Shown: positions 55,910-64,000 of the stretch, in pieces
Numbering within the stretch: the stretch's first letter is position 1
How the letters are laid out: each line of letters opens with the position of its first letter
Virus record (IMG/VR): IMGVR_UViG_3300029288_000153
Location: 1-64,000 of that record
From: a virus
Taxonomy: Duplodnaviria > Caudoviricetes
DNA: 64,000 nucleotides
Strand: one strand, 5' to 3'
Notes under the pieces: generated by a model
What the model was told of the DNA's origin: nothing
Databases searched by the model: none
What the model saw: the letters and a program-made list of their open reading frames with translations, nothing else
Made by a program: the position numbers and the translations under genes

Positions 55910-57043
55910 TTATTCGGGCTGCCGTATACGCAGCCCTACGGGGAAACGAGGGATGCCGCGTGCGCTTAGATTTTGATATTGCACCGTCAACATCTTACCG
56001 ACTACTAGGCTCGGGGTCAAGAGGAATATTTTAAGATCCTCCATGTTACCTTTTAGTTTGACGCTGAACCGGTCCTTTGCGCCGGTCTCGCAGATAAACA
56101 CGGCCTTGTCGGCCATCGTCCCTCTACCCGCTTCCACCCCCACTACTCTGTATTCAGAGTCTTGCATCTCCTTGACTTTCTGCAGATTGTAGCTACGTTT
56201 GTGTTCGTACCCCCCTTGGCTGTTGCGAATCATACATCCTTCGTATCCTTTACTTAAGGATTCCTGGAAAAATTCTAGTAGTTGGTCTTCGTCGTGTACC
56301 AAAAATGTCGGCGCCAGTAAAACCACAGAACCGCTGGCGGGGAGGTGATGTTTCAGATATTCCGACCGCTCGGCGAACGAACACGGCTGTATGACGTCGT
56401 ATATATGATAGTGGATCATCTCCGCGTCGGGTTGGTTGGGGTGATCCTTACGAATCAAAGACGTTATTTTTTCAAAATCGGCGCGGAGCTGATGGTTGTA
56501 GCCCTCGCCATCGAGGAAATGTTCGCCGACGGGGAATAGTCGCTCGCAGGCTCGTTGGATGTGAACTAGCGAGTGGATTGGCTTGCGGGTGCGACTCCAC
56601 AGTGTGCACTGTCCGTCTTTAATATGGGCGATAATTCGTAGTCCGTCGTATTTGTATTGCACAAACGCAGGGTAGGTGATCTTAGCTGCGTGGTCGCGGT
56701 ATTTATGGGCTAGCATGGGGTCAGCTCCGCCTTTGATGAGCGCGGAGCGTTCGCCGGCCAAAGCGGCCTCGCGGGTCAATACGTATTTCTTGTTTTTCTG
56801 TTGCTTGGTCCAACGAGCCTCTGCCTCAAAGGCAGCTTGTTGTTGGGGGGTGGTTTCGTTTTTTCTGCCGATATTCTTCCCATCAGCAATGATATCGGTA
56901 GTGCGTTGTGTCGCCCCACCCTCCTGGCCCCAGGAGGTAATGATCGAGGTATCGTCGGTGGCGATATTCCATACGATAATCGCCCCGGTGTCGGAAAGTT
57001 TGTAGAGGGTAGGTAGGTTCATTGTTGATCTGTGTGTCGTTTG
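55910..57043 (-). CDS. lig: ATP-dependent DNA ligase with N-terminal WGR-like domain
   Basis: QYKYDGLR, LDGE, YHIYD, EGCM, LQKVK, PRFP; SWGQEGG N-domain (ORF track start 57061). Confidence 0.9.
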   Translation of the reverse strand, partial: QTTHRSTMNLPTLYKLSDTGAIIVWNIATDDTSIITSWGQEGGATQRTTDIIADGKNIGRKNETTPQQQAAFEAEARWTKQQKNKKYVLTREAALAGERSALIKGGADPMLAHKYRDHAAKITYPAFVQYKYDGLRIIAHIKDGQCTLWSRTRKPIHSLVHIQRACERLFPVGEHFLDGEGYNHQLRADFEKITSLIRKDHPNQPDAEMIHYHIYDVIQPCSFAERSEYLKHHLPASGSVVLLAPTFLVHDEDQLLEFFQESLSKGYEGCMIRNSQGGYEHKRSYNLQKVKEMQDSEYRVVGVEAGRGTMADKAVFICETGAKDRFSVKLKGNMEDLKIFLLTPSLVVGKMLTVQYQNLSARGIPRFPVGLRIRQPE

Positions 57044-57070
57044 AGGGGTTAAATACAGCAATTATATCTG

Positions 57071-57607
57071 CTAGGCCTGTTTGGTAAAGAATCGAACTGC
57101 CGCCGCCACCGCATCGGCGGGTAATATCAGCTCGCTCAAGTCAGCGCCGCAATCTTGGCAGGTGGTGTAGTGTACTACGTCTCCGATCTTAAAGTAGTCG
57201 CTATGTGAACAATATTCCGGGTCGTTGTCGATCGACCATTCGGATCCGAGTTGTCGATCAATCGACAACATACCTATTTTTTCGGAGTGTCGGCGGGCGT
57301 ACCCCATCCCCGTCGATTCGCCTCGATCTGTGTAGAAGGCCCGGAATCCTCCGACTTGGTGAAATATCTCAGCGGTACGGAACCCCGCCTCGATGCCGGC
57401 GGTGCGTTGGGTGGGGTCGGTGTCGTCTAGGGCTCCAGGGTAAAATCCGTGCGACGCGTACGGTACTTCGCCGCGCTGCAGGCAGTCCAGGATACAGGCG
57501 TGTAGGTAGGCGATATTACGGCGATAATGGGCGGGGTTCCTCCCTGCGTACGGGCTTTCGACTATCACAGCTCTGTGGTCCATAAGGCTCCTTAGGTTTC
57601 GATACAA
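57071..57607 (-). CDS. Conserved phage protein (VIVESPYAG family)
   Basis: VIVESPYAG...RGEVPYASH...LDD....R..GI. Confidence 0.7.
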   Translation of the reverse strand: MYRNLRSLMDHRAVIVESPYAGRNPAHYRRNIAYLHACILDCLQRGEVPYASHGFYPGALDDTDPTQRTAGIEAGFRTAEIFHQVGGFRAFYTDRGESTGMGYARRHSEKIGMLSIDRQLGSEWSIDNDPEYCSHSDYFKIGDVVHYTTCQDCGADLSELILPADAVAAAVRFFTKQA

Positions 57608-57737
57608 CGATTACAGGCGACCATACTATTACGTATCGTCGTGTGGTAGAATACCATACCCCATCGGAGATGTCAAGTCGTCGATTACTTCACAGCTTGA
57701 TTGTAACACGCTCGGCTAGAATATCAAAGGCCCGCTC

Positions 57738-57744
57738 TAATCTA
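57738..57744 (+). promoter_or_regulatory. Candidate late promoter TAATCTA
   Basis: 7 nt upstream of ATG 57752. Confidence 0.55.
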
Positions 57745-57751
57745 TCAACAT

Positions 57752-58549
57752 ATGGCGACTACGACCAGCGTGGTGGGGATTTTTCAGGGGGAGATTATTA
57801 TTCGATCGGCCCTCTCGTTGGCTTTGCGGGAGCTGCGCGAGGTCCCTAGTTTGATCGACGATGCGTTGGCCTCTTTGCCTCAGGACGATATCACCGCCGG
57901 CAAGTATGGGTCCAAGACCATCGAGGAGTGCCGGCGGTGGTTCCTGGGTACTCCTATACCCATACGATTCGGACTGTCGCTAAATCAGATTGTATCCCCT
58001 TTGATTGCGATTGAGAGTAGTGGTGGCGATGAGGCGGAATCTACGATCGGTGACGTGGATTATGACGTCAGCGAAGACGATCCTTATTTCGATGAGCACG
58101 GTCGTTCCTTGGCGTCAGTTCACGCCCGGGAGTCGTATCAGGTGGTTATGTTGGTGCAAGGTGAACCCGAGCTTCTCTTGTTTTTGTCTACGTTAGTGCG
58201 ATTCGGTTTTCTACGTCACAAAGAAGATTTATTGGATGCCCGGGGGGTCACTCGGGTAACGTGGAGTATGGGGCCGTTTAGTGCCATGAATGGCATACCA
58301 GGACGGGAAAATTTTTTCACCCAGAATCTCCGAATCAACTGCTATGTGCGTCATAGTTGGCCGGTCCCCACGGCTGAGACAGCTATTATCACCAGTATCC
58401 CCGCTCAAACGCTTAATGCCATGTCGGTGCATACAGACGGCACGGCTACCAGTCGCCCCGTCACTCCGTCAGAACCTCCTGGCGGTGTCACCTTGAATCT
58501 AACGGACTGGGGAGAACGCGACATATCTTCAGGGCGTATCGTGAGATAG
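57752..58549 (+). CDS. Putative neck/tail-completion virion protein
   Basis: Late-motif-led ORF in structural cluster; function by context only. Confidence 0.5.
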   Translation: MATTTSVVGIFQGEIIIRSALSLALRELREVPSLIDDALASLPQDDITAGKYGSKTIEECRRWFLGTPIPIRFGLSLNQIVSPLIAIESSGGDEAESTIGDVDYDVSEDDPYFDEHGRSLASVHARESYQVVMLVQGEPELLLFLSTLVRFGFLRHKEDLLDARGVTRVTWSMGPFSAMNGIPGRENFFTQNLRINCYVRHSWPVPTAETAIITSIPAQTLNAMSVHTDGTATSRPVTPSEPPGGVTLNLTDWGERDISSGRIVR

Positions 58550-58554
58550 CGCGG

Positions 58555-58561
58555 TAATCTA
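58555..58561 (+). promoter_or_regulatory. Candidate late promoter TAATCTA
   Basis: Immediately upstream of ORF 58565. Confidence 0.55.
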
Positions 58562-58564
58562 TTC

Positions 58565-58888
58565 ATGGGAGATCGCATGTTACCTAAGATCACAGACAAG
58601 CAGCTGCAATATAAGAAACGCATCGGAACGTGTCATGGTAATCCGGTAATGGAAATGTGTACCAGCGGTGGTCTCTATATAGTGGCCGTAAGAAAAAACA
58701 ACGCCGTCGAGGTGATGGGAACCGGTCCTCATAGGGCCGTGGCAAGATTTATCGCCAAAAAAAAAGAACCCACCATGCTGATCACTGAGTTGTCGAAGTC
58801 AGATTGGATCGATCGGCCCTCGATTGATAGCGTCCTCGCCAAATATGAGGCTTTGACCGATGCCATCAACGGATCCCTAGTGACGTAA
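58565..58888 (+). CDS. Small putative head protein
   Basis: Contains LSKSD junction motif. Confidence 0.6.
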   Translation: MGDRMLPKITDKQLQYKKRIGTCHGNPVMEMCTSGGLYIVAVRKNNAVEVMGTGPHRAVARFIAKKKEPTMLITELSKSDWIDRPSIDSVLAKYEALTDAINGSLVT

Positions 58889-59724
58889 TGTCAGACAAAA
58901 AACACACGTTTCATTCTCTGCTATCTTCCGTGTTGCCTGACGAGGCGGTGGGGCTTGATCCCGTTGCTTTTGATGCTCTGGTACGCGGAAAAGGAGTTCC
59001 ATTCCTACATCAACGAGCCATTCCGTGTCCGTCTGGTTTGATAGATGAAGGAGACGTGCATCGGGTACAGGCATGTCACCTAGGGTGTAGTGGGGGGTTT
59101 TTGTTCCGCGATATAGGGCGAGTTACTGTAGTTTTCACTTCGAATACTACAGATCCTCGTCGTTTGGATGAGGGGTTTTTTGATGGCTCTATGGCAATGG
59201 TGACATTTCCTCGATTCTACGATGATCCCAGCGACAAGAGGGTGATGGTGCATCCTTTTGATCGGCTATACCTAACGCAGAGAGATCTGCTGGTAAGTAC
59301 ATGGGATAAGACCCATCGTCGTAACGATGGCCTACCCGACAAAGGGAAGTTTCCTTTTCGTATTATCGATCACCTAATCGACTCTCACGGCGCCTGGTGG
59401 TCCCAGGACGTGGATTATGACGTTGTCGGTGGCGCGTTAGTGTGGCGCGAAGGGCGTGGGCCTATTCCGGGTACCGTTTATTCGATTTACTATCAGTATG
59501 AACCATATTTTATCGTAGATCGACTCCTACATGAAATACGGGTCATCCCCGTCCAGGACTATATCAACACTGACGAGATCCGTATGGAGCGTCTGGCGTT
59601 TGGCGCGGTGTTGACGCGTGAAAACGTGTTTGAATCCCAGCAGCAGGACGATCAGGCGGTGCGCGGGGATCGACGTCGTCAGCCTCGTCCCATAGATACC
59701 CCCGAACCTCAAGACGACTTCTGA
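58888..59724 (+). CDS. Putative neck/head-closure protein
   Basis: AIPCP...CHLGCSGG; PFDRLYL; YSIYY...Y.V.RLLHEIR. Confidence 0.55.
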   Translation: MSDKKHTFHSLLSSVLPDEAVGLDPVAFDALVRGKGVPFLHQRAIPCPSGLIDEGDVHRVQACHLGCSGGFLFRDIGRVTVVFTSNTTDPRRLDEGFFDGSMAMVTFPRFYDDPSDKRVMVHPFDRLYLTQRDLLVSTWDKTHRRNDGLPDKGKFPFRIIDHLIDSHGAWWSQDVDYDVVGGALVWREGRGPIPGTVYSIYYQYEPYFIVDRLLHEIRVIPVQDYINTDEIRMERLAFGAVLTRENVFESQQQDDQAVRGDRRRQPRPIDTPEPQDDF

Positions 59725-59727
59725 TTG

Positions 59728-59734
59728 TAATCTA
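59728..59734 (+). promoter_or_regulatory. Candidate late promoter TAATCTA
   Basis: Intergenic, upstream of 59759. Confidence 0.55.
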
Positions 59735-59758
59735 CTTTGAGGTAATATAGGGAACACT

Positions 59759-60661
59759 ATGAACATCGACAATATCGACCACTTCCTTCAATCAGCTTTG
59801 GGCACTGAGGCATTTCGGGCGCTCCACAAGGCTACTGATCGATCCTGCGCCCTGCAATCTGTGGTAGGTACTCGGGCTATATTTGGGTGGCTGTCGCTGT
59901 GTTCCCGTTACGGCTTTGACGGTGCTTTGCCGGGGTTATCGGGGTCCTATTTTTATCTGCGCAAGAACCATGATAGTACCTTTACGGGCCAGATCAATCT
60001 ACATAAGACCCACTATGAATTCGATGCCGTGACTTTACCTCACGTGGCCGCCGGATTGAGTGTGGCTCTAGGGGTTGATCAGGCACCTGATAGTGACCTC
60101 AAGGACTCGGCCCTGGCCGCCTTAGGGCAAAATTTAGATCTACTGCTTAAGGCTCAGGTGATCAAGGATACTAATTTACCAAACAATGACGCTTGCCCCA
60201 AGTGTGGCGGAAATAATATTAAATTGGCGATGATCGGCGAGCCGGTCAACGTATGCCAAGACTGTGACAAGAAATGGGCCGTGGAGGATGAGCTAGATAA
60301 AAATCAAGGGCAAGCTACGGCTCCGGGGGCGCCTGCGAGTTTCAACCCCCCGATCGGTGCCGTAGGAACCGGCAGCAACGAAGGGTTCACTGCCCCTAAG
60401 GGCAGTCAGTCTAAACGCTCAAAAAAGAAAACTGTAGTAGCGAAGCTGTCTTTGGCGGAGAGTACATCTAAGTGTACTGTATGTGGATCTCCCCAGATGA
60501 GAGGAGATAACTTTACGGGGTGTTATTGTTTGCGATCGTTAGCTAAGGGGGCCGAGGTGGTGGGCGTGGACGAGCAGGGGTACTCGGTGAGCTTCGATCC
60601 TGATATCTGGAGTCAAGACGATGTATCGTTAATGCTAGATATTGTCAGAGAGGGGCGATAA
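59759..60661 (+). CDS. Hypothetical protein with two Zn fingers
   Basis: CPKC...CQDC; CTVC...CYC. Confidence 0.65.
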   Translation: MNIDNIDHFLQSALGTEAFRALHKATDRSCALQSVVGTRAIFGWLSLCSRYGFDGALPGLSGSYFYLRKNHDSTFTGQINLHKTHYEFDAVTLPHVAAGLSVALGVDQAPDSDLKDSALAALGQNLDLLLKAQVIKDTNLPNNDACPKCGGNNIKLAMIGEPVNVCQDCDKKWAVEDELDKNQGQATAPGAPASFNPPIGAVGTGSNEGFTAPKGSQSKRSKKKTVVAKLSLAESTSKCTVCGSPQMRGDNFTGCYCLRSLAKGAEVVGVDEQGYSVSFDPDIWSQDDVSLMLDIVREGR

Positions 60662-61075
60662 ATGACCAAGCAGCCATTAATGTGGTTGGGTCACCCCGTT
60701 CGCGACTCCGAGCATATCAACTCACTGGAGCTTAATGCGGCCATCAATCAATATCACCACGGGATGAGTAGGGCCGATGCGGAAGCTCGGGTGAAGGACG
60801 AGGATCGTCGTGATAGGCATCTTAGGGCGGCAGCCCACCACTTCGAAGGTCTTCGCGCAGCCAATGCGGTTGGGTCCGAAGATGACGCCAAGCGGCATCA
60901 TGAAATGTACTCGATGCACCTACGAGTTTTAGGTCTAGAACCAAACGGACCGGTGCCCATTGAGATACAGCGCTATCGAGACGCCGAGACGCATCGCCGC
61001 GCCTATGCGTATAAAGGGCACTCCGACGATCAATTGCTGGCGGATGGCGCCAAAAAGAATGTTGGAGACAGGTAA
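60662..61075 (+). CDS. His-rich hypothetical protein
   Basis: 137-aa ORF abutting neighbours. Confidence 0.65.
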   Translation: MTKQPLMWLGHPVRDSEHINSLELNAAINQYHHGMSRADAEARVKDEDRRDRHLRAAAHHFEGLRAANAVGSEDDAKRHHEMYSMHLRVLGLEPNGPVPIEIQRYRDAETHRRAYAYKGHSDDQLLADGAKKNVGDR

Positions 61076-62553
61076 TGCCACAATTAACTATCAGTGCTGT
61101 TTCGAATATCTCAACGGAGATCGAGCGTCAATTACAGCACGATCACCCCGAAGAGGCAGCGCGGACCAGCCAAGGTATTTCGGCTGCCAATATGGTGGTG
61201 GAGAGTTGGGCGCTGCAGAGTCACGGTAAAATTATCTCGCAAGATGGAGCTAGTTTTACGATCGAAATCCCCGCCGCCTATCTCGAAGAGTTGGCGGAAA
61301 TCATAGAGCGCATTGAGGGTGTTAGTGGTAGTGAATATGCGGTAGGGGTAGGAGCGGATGCCGGCGAGGCTATTGTGGCTCGACGGGTCGCCGAGCAGCG
61401 CGGGGGGTCTCGAAATATCGTGCTATATACGCCAGATATTCACAGCGAAATCGAGGACGACATAAAGGATTCCGAGTCCGACATATTCGATGGTGAAATG
61501 AATAAGGCGGAGGAGCAGAGACGCCCCGGCGAGGCCACCCAGGTGGTTAGGGGCGAGGTATCGCCGCTACACACGCAACCCTCCCCTCCGCCTAGTCCGT
61601 CGATCAGCGCCGACCCCCACGCCCCTCCGTCAGGTGATCGGCAGTCAGCTCCGGAACCGTCTGAACAGGATCTGGTTGGGGCCATTGGGCAAGTATTAAG
61701 TCAATTCAAACAACAGGTTCCGTTTTTTGAGCAGCAAGTCAAGTCAGCGAATCGACCAGCCTACGATGCTGTGATGGGGTTGGTCCAAGGGTTGATTGCT
61801 CTAGCTCAACAGTTAGTAGGTAATCCAGCAACGAACGAGGATGTAGGTGAGGCGGTACAAAAAGCTGAGGACGATATGCGTAGGTCTACTGGACGGCGTA
61901 ATCATCGATGTAGTCGGTGTGGCAACTTGGTGTCTGTGTTGAAGGACGGTCGAGTGGAAGCACATCTACACAGGCAGCTACGATCTAGCACCTTGTCGCC
62001 GTGTGACGGCGAAGCGGCGCTGCCCGTTAAAAAATCTGAGACCTCTAAGGTGGAGATCGATCCATCGAAGCCGCTGCCTGATTCCGATGCATTACGTAAG
62101 CTATTCGATTGGGCCCGGGATAGTATTATGCAACGCGGTGAGGAGGATTGGGGGGCCGATTTGTTCCGGGAGTTCCCTACAGGATTCGAGCACGAGCGTA
62201 GTGAACATCCTCATTTAGACGACCACGACACGGCGCTTACTACCATCCAACACCTCAAAGAGGATCCTAATTACTACACCAAGATTCAACACATGGAGGA
62301 GTCGGGGGTGTTGGGAAAAGAAGAGGTTGGGCGACATAGAGTGGTGCTACCTGTCGGTAGTCGCGGCGTGGGGGCCAAGGGGAATAGTATTAAGGTTCTT
62401 GAGCCAACTACAGGAAAAACCGCTTGGCACCAGATGGGTGCTGGCTGCAAACTGAGCGCCGACGGCCACCCTATTAGCACCAAAGTGACGGAGTGTGGTA
62501 GCGCCGACACGCCTGAACACCGAGCTGCTGCGGCTGGGTTAGTTGGTAGGTAG
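61075..62553 (+). CDS. Multidomain protein: degenerate mCpol-like N-domain, Zn ribbon, DUF5661-like domain
   Basis: GKII..G...AVGVG....EA..A...RG..NIVLY; CSRCG; EHERSEH...QHLKEDPNYYTK. Confidence 0.6.
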   Translation: MPQLTISAVSNISTEIERQLQHDHPEEAARTSQGISAANMVVESWALQSHGKIISQDGASFTIEIPAAYLEELAEIIERIEGVSGSEYAVGVGADAGEAIVARRVAEQRGGSRNIVLYTPDIHSEIEDDIKDSESDIFDGEMNKAEEQRRPGEATQVVRGEVSPLHTQPSPPPSPSISADPHAPPSGDRQSAPEPSEQDLVGAIGQVLSQFKQQVPFFEQQVKSANRPAYDAVMGLVQGLIALAQQLVGNPATNEDVGEAVQKAEDDMRRSTGRRNHRCSRCGNLVSVLKDGRVEAHLHRQLRSSTLSPCDGEAALPVKKSETSKVEIDPSKPLPDSDALRKLFDWARDSIMQRGEEDWGADLFREFPTGFEHERSEHPHLDDHDTALTTIQHLKEDPNYYTKIQHMEESGVLGKEEVGRHRVVLPVGSRGVGAKGNSIKVLEPTTGKTAWHQMGAGCKLSADGHPISTKVTECGSADTPEHRAAAAGLVGR

Positions 62554-62757
62554 TTGAGGGTCGGATAATTCTAGATCGTATCTGATCGACGGAGTTGGTA
62601 GGTTTCGCTTCACCTCGCCCTGATTATCGAACCATCCCTGTGCGTCTACCCAGGTGACTCCGTCGTCTCCTTGGTGTGCATCTGGATGCCGATCGGGTTT
62701 GAGGCAGGTCTGCAGGTATATGCCGTCGTTGAAACGATTATAGCAGCGCTTGGTCAT
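62539..62757 (-). CDS. Small hypothetical protein
   Basis: 72-aa ORF downstream of RNA ligase. Confidence 0.45.
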   Translation of the reverse strand: MTKRCYNRFNDGIYLQTCLKPDRHPDAHQGDDGVTWVDAQGWFDNQGEVKRNLPTPSIRYDLELSDPQLPTN

Positions 62758-62857
62758 TTTTGTCGCCCCAATATTCGACTAAGGCTAGTGTGCCGATCGA
62801 TGACAGGTCCATATTAGATCTCGTAAGTTATGAGACAAGGCAGAGAAAAATCCGTTA

Positions 62858-63973
62858 TCAATGCAACTCCTTGGTGGCGCCTTTGCGGAGCTTGTATGCC
62901 TGGGAGACGTATTTCAGCACCACCCTCCCGAACCCCGTTGAGTAGCGGGTCGTCGCTGGCTTGACCACCACTCCTTCTCGGATTTGTTGTGAGGCCAGCT
63001 GGCTCTGCCCTTCCACTAATGACCGTAACATGTCTGCATCAAAAGGGCCATCGTTTAATACCGGCACGGTATCGAGTCCAAGCTGTTGGCAAATTTGGAC
63101 TACGTTATCCCATCCTAGCCAGGTGCCGGTATCCATGTCGTAGATGTCGAATACGCGAAACCACACCTGACCAGGAGATGCCTGGTAGGTAAGGTCTTGT
63201 ACGTTTCCGAAGATTTCGCCGTAAATGGCCAGCCCTTTGGCGATCGCAGCACGTAATCGATCTTGTAGGGCGTATTGACGAGCTATCAACCAGTATAGGT
63301 TTTCTTTGCGTACTGGAGTGGCCACCGGTCGCCGGGTTAGCGTACGCCACATAGAAAATAGCCGCCAGCGCCATGATGGCGGGGCCAGGGGGTCGCGCCA
63401 GAAACAATTATGCGATCCGACGTAGAATTTCTTGTCGACGTACGCAAAGCGCGCCTGAGTTCCATGTAGCTTTTCGGTGACGATCACGCGCTCTAGCGGT
63501 ATCATTAGTTCTGGGTGTGTATTATATGGCTCGATGTCATAGCGCGGGATGCATGTGGGGGTTTTTTCTTGTTGGGATGTCCCTTTAAGGGATCTATTCT
63601 TGGTTTTGGTGCCACCCCATCCTTCCGGCACTTCGTCTTCGTATTTGACGATGCCTAGGATTTTAGATACGTCTTTCTGTGGGTATGTTTGGTGAAGGGG
63701 CAGGATGGAGATGGGGAGTAGAAGCCCTTCGGAATACACGCCTCGTAGCCGACGAGCCTTGATTCGTCGGTGGTCGCCGAGGAATTCGGTGCCCGGCACC
63801 GAGGCGGGCACCACTGACTCCACGGGCACATAGATGGCTAGATCCCCGGACCGAAAATCTCCGGTGCGAATAACTACATTCTCGCCGTACACCGTCACTA
63901 CGCTGAGGTTGTCGGCGTTGGGGTGTGGTAACACTTCCCCGACAGAGATAATTGGGCAGGCGAATTTACTCAT
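62858..63973 (-). CDS. RNA ligase (Rnl2-like/DRB0094 type) with N-terminal OB domain
   Basis: HPNADNL, SEGLL, TEKLHGT, YGEIFG, FDI, REGVVVK, LKYVS..Y. Confidence 0.9.
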   Translation of the reverse strand: MSKFACPIISVGEVLPHPNADNLSVVTVYGENVVIRTGDFRSGDLAIYVPVESVVPASVPGTEFLGDHRRIKARRLRGVYSEGLLLPISILPLHQTYPQKDVSKILGIVKYEDEVPEGWGGTKTKNRSLKGTSQQEKTPTCIPRYDIEPYNTHPELMIPLERVIVTEKLHGTQARFAYVDKKFYVGSHNCFWRDPLAPPSWRWRLFSMWRTLTRRPVATPVRKENLYWLIARQYALQDRLRAAIAKGLAIYGEIFGNVQDLTYQASPGQVWFRVFDIYDMDTGTWLGWDNVVQICQQLGLDTVPVLNDGPFDADMLRSLVEGQSQLASQQIREGVVVKPATTRYSTGFGRVVLKYVSQAYKLRKGATKELH

Positions 63974-64000
63974 TGGTTTCCTTGTATCTCAATTGATTAG

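Noticed and set aside
55916-55936. GGGCTGC-N7-GCAGCCC hairpin as an intrinsic terminator
   Set aside because: It lies within the last ligase codons and lacks a U-tract on either strand
1-64000. tRNA/rRNA genes, integrase, transposase, self-splicing introns, major capsid gene
   Set aside because: None recognised by eye in intergenic gaps or ORFs; tRNAscan-SE and cmscan were not run, so small RNAs cannot be excluded

Overview
A 64-kb segment of a large tailed dsDNA phage genome. It has no rRNA, tRNA or CRISPR array that I could see, and five alternating strand blocks. (1) 1-25284 (-) is a replication, recombination and metabolism module: primase (cut by the window edge), RecA/UvsX, UvsY-like, three hexapeptide-repeat paralogs, gp32-like SSB, DnaE split into two ORFs, phosphoesterase, class II RNR, RuvC-like resolvase, SbcC, adenine MTase, GroEL and an HTH initiator-like protein. 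(2) An intergenic divergence point at 25285-25620 carries a perfect 84-bp direct repeat (candidate origin). (3) 25621-53871 (+) encodes a kinase, UvsW-like helicase, sigma factor, GroES-like protein and SbcD, then terminase, portal, MuF, decoration/fibre-like genes, a prohead protease and two very large multidomain proteins. (4) 53834-57607 (-) is an island with an MqsA-like protein, cyclic-phosphate receiver domain, second sigma factor and DNA ligase. (5) 57752-62553 (+) holds virion genes, and 62539-63973 (-) an RNA ligase. The major capsid gene is not in the window. The most striking observations are all inferences from motifs read by eye. (a) DnaE is split inside a non-catalytic half-intein (HINT)-like segment, and a second such segment sits in its PHP domain. 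(b) A recurring [LVM]-x-K-[SAD]-[ED] motif marks domain junctions of the portal, protease and several multi-enzyme proteins (ADP-ribosyltransferases, Nudix, zincin, HipA/PI3K-like kinase, degenerate mCpol), suggesting protease-released, head-packaged effector polyproteins. (c) A sigma factor lacking region 4.2 accompanies a TAATCT(A) motif upstream of late genes. No database searches were run.
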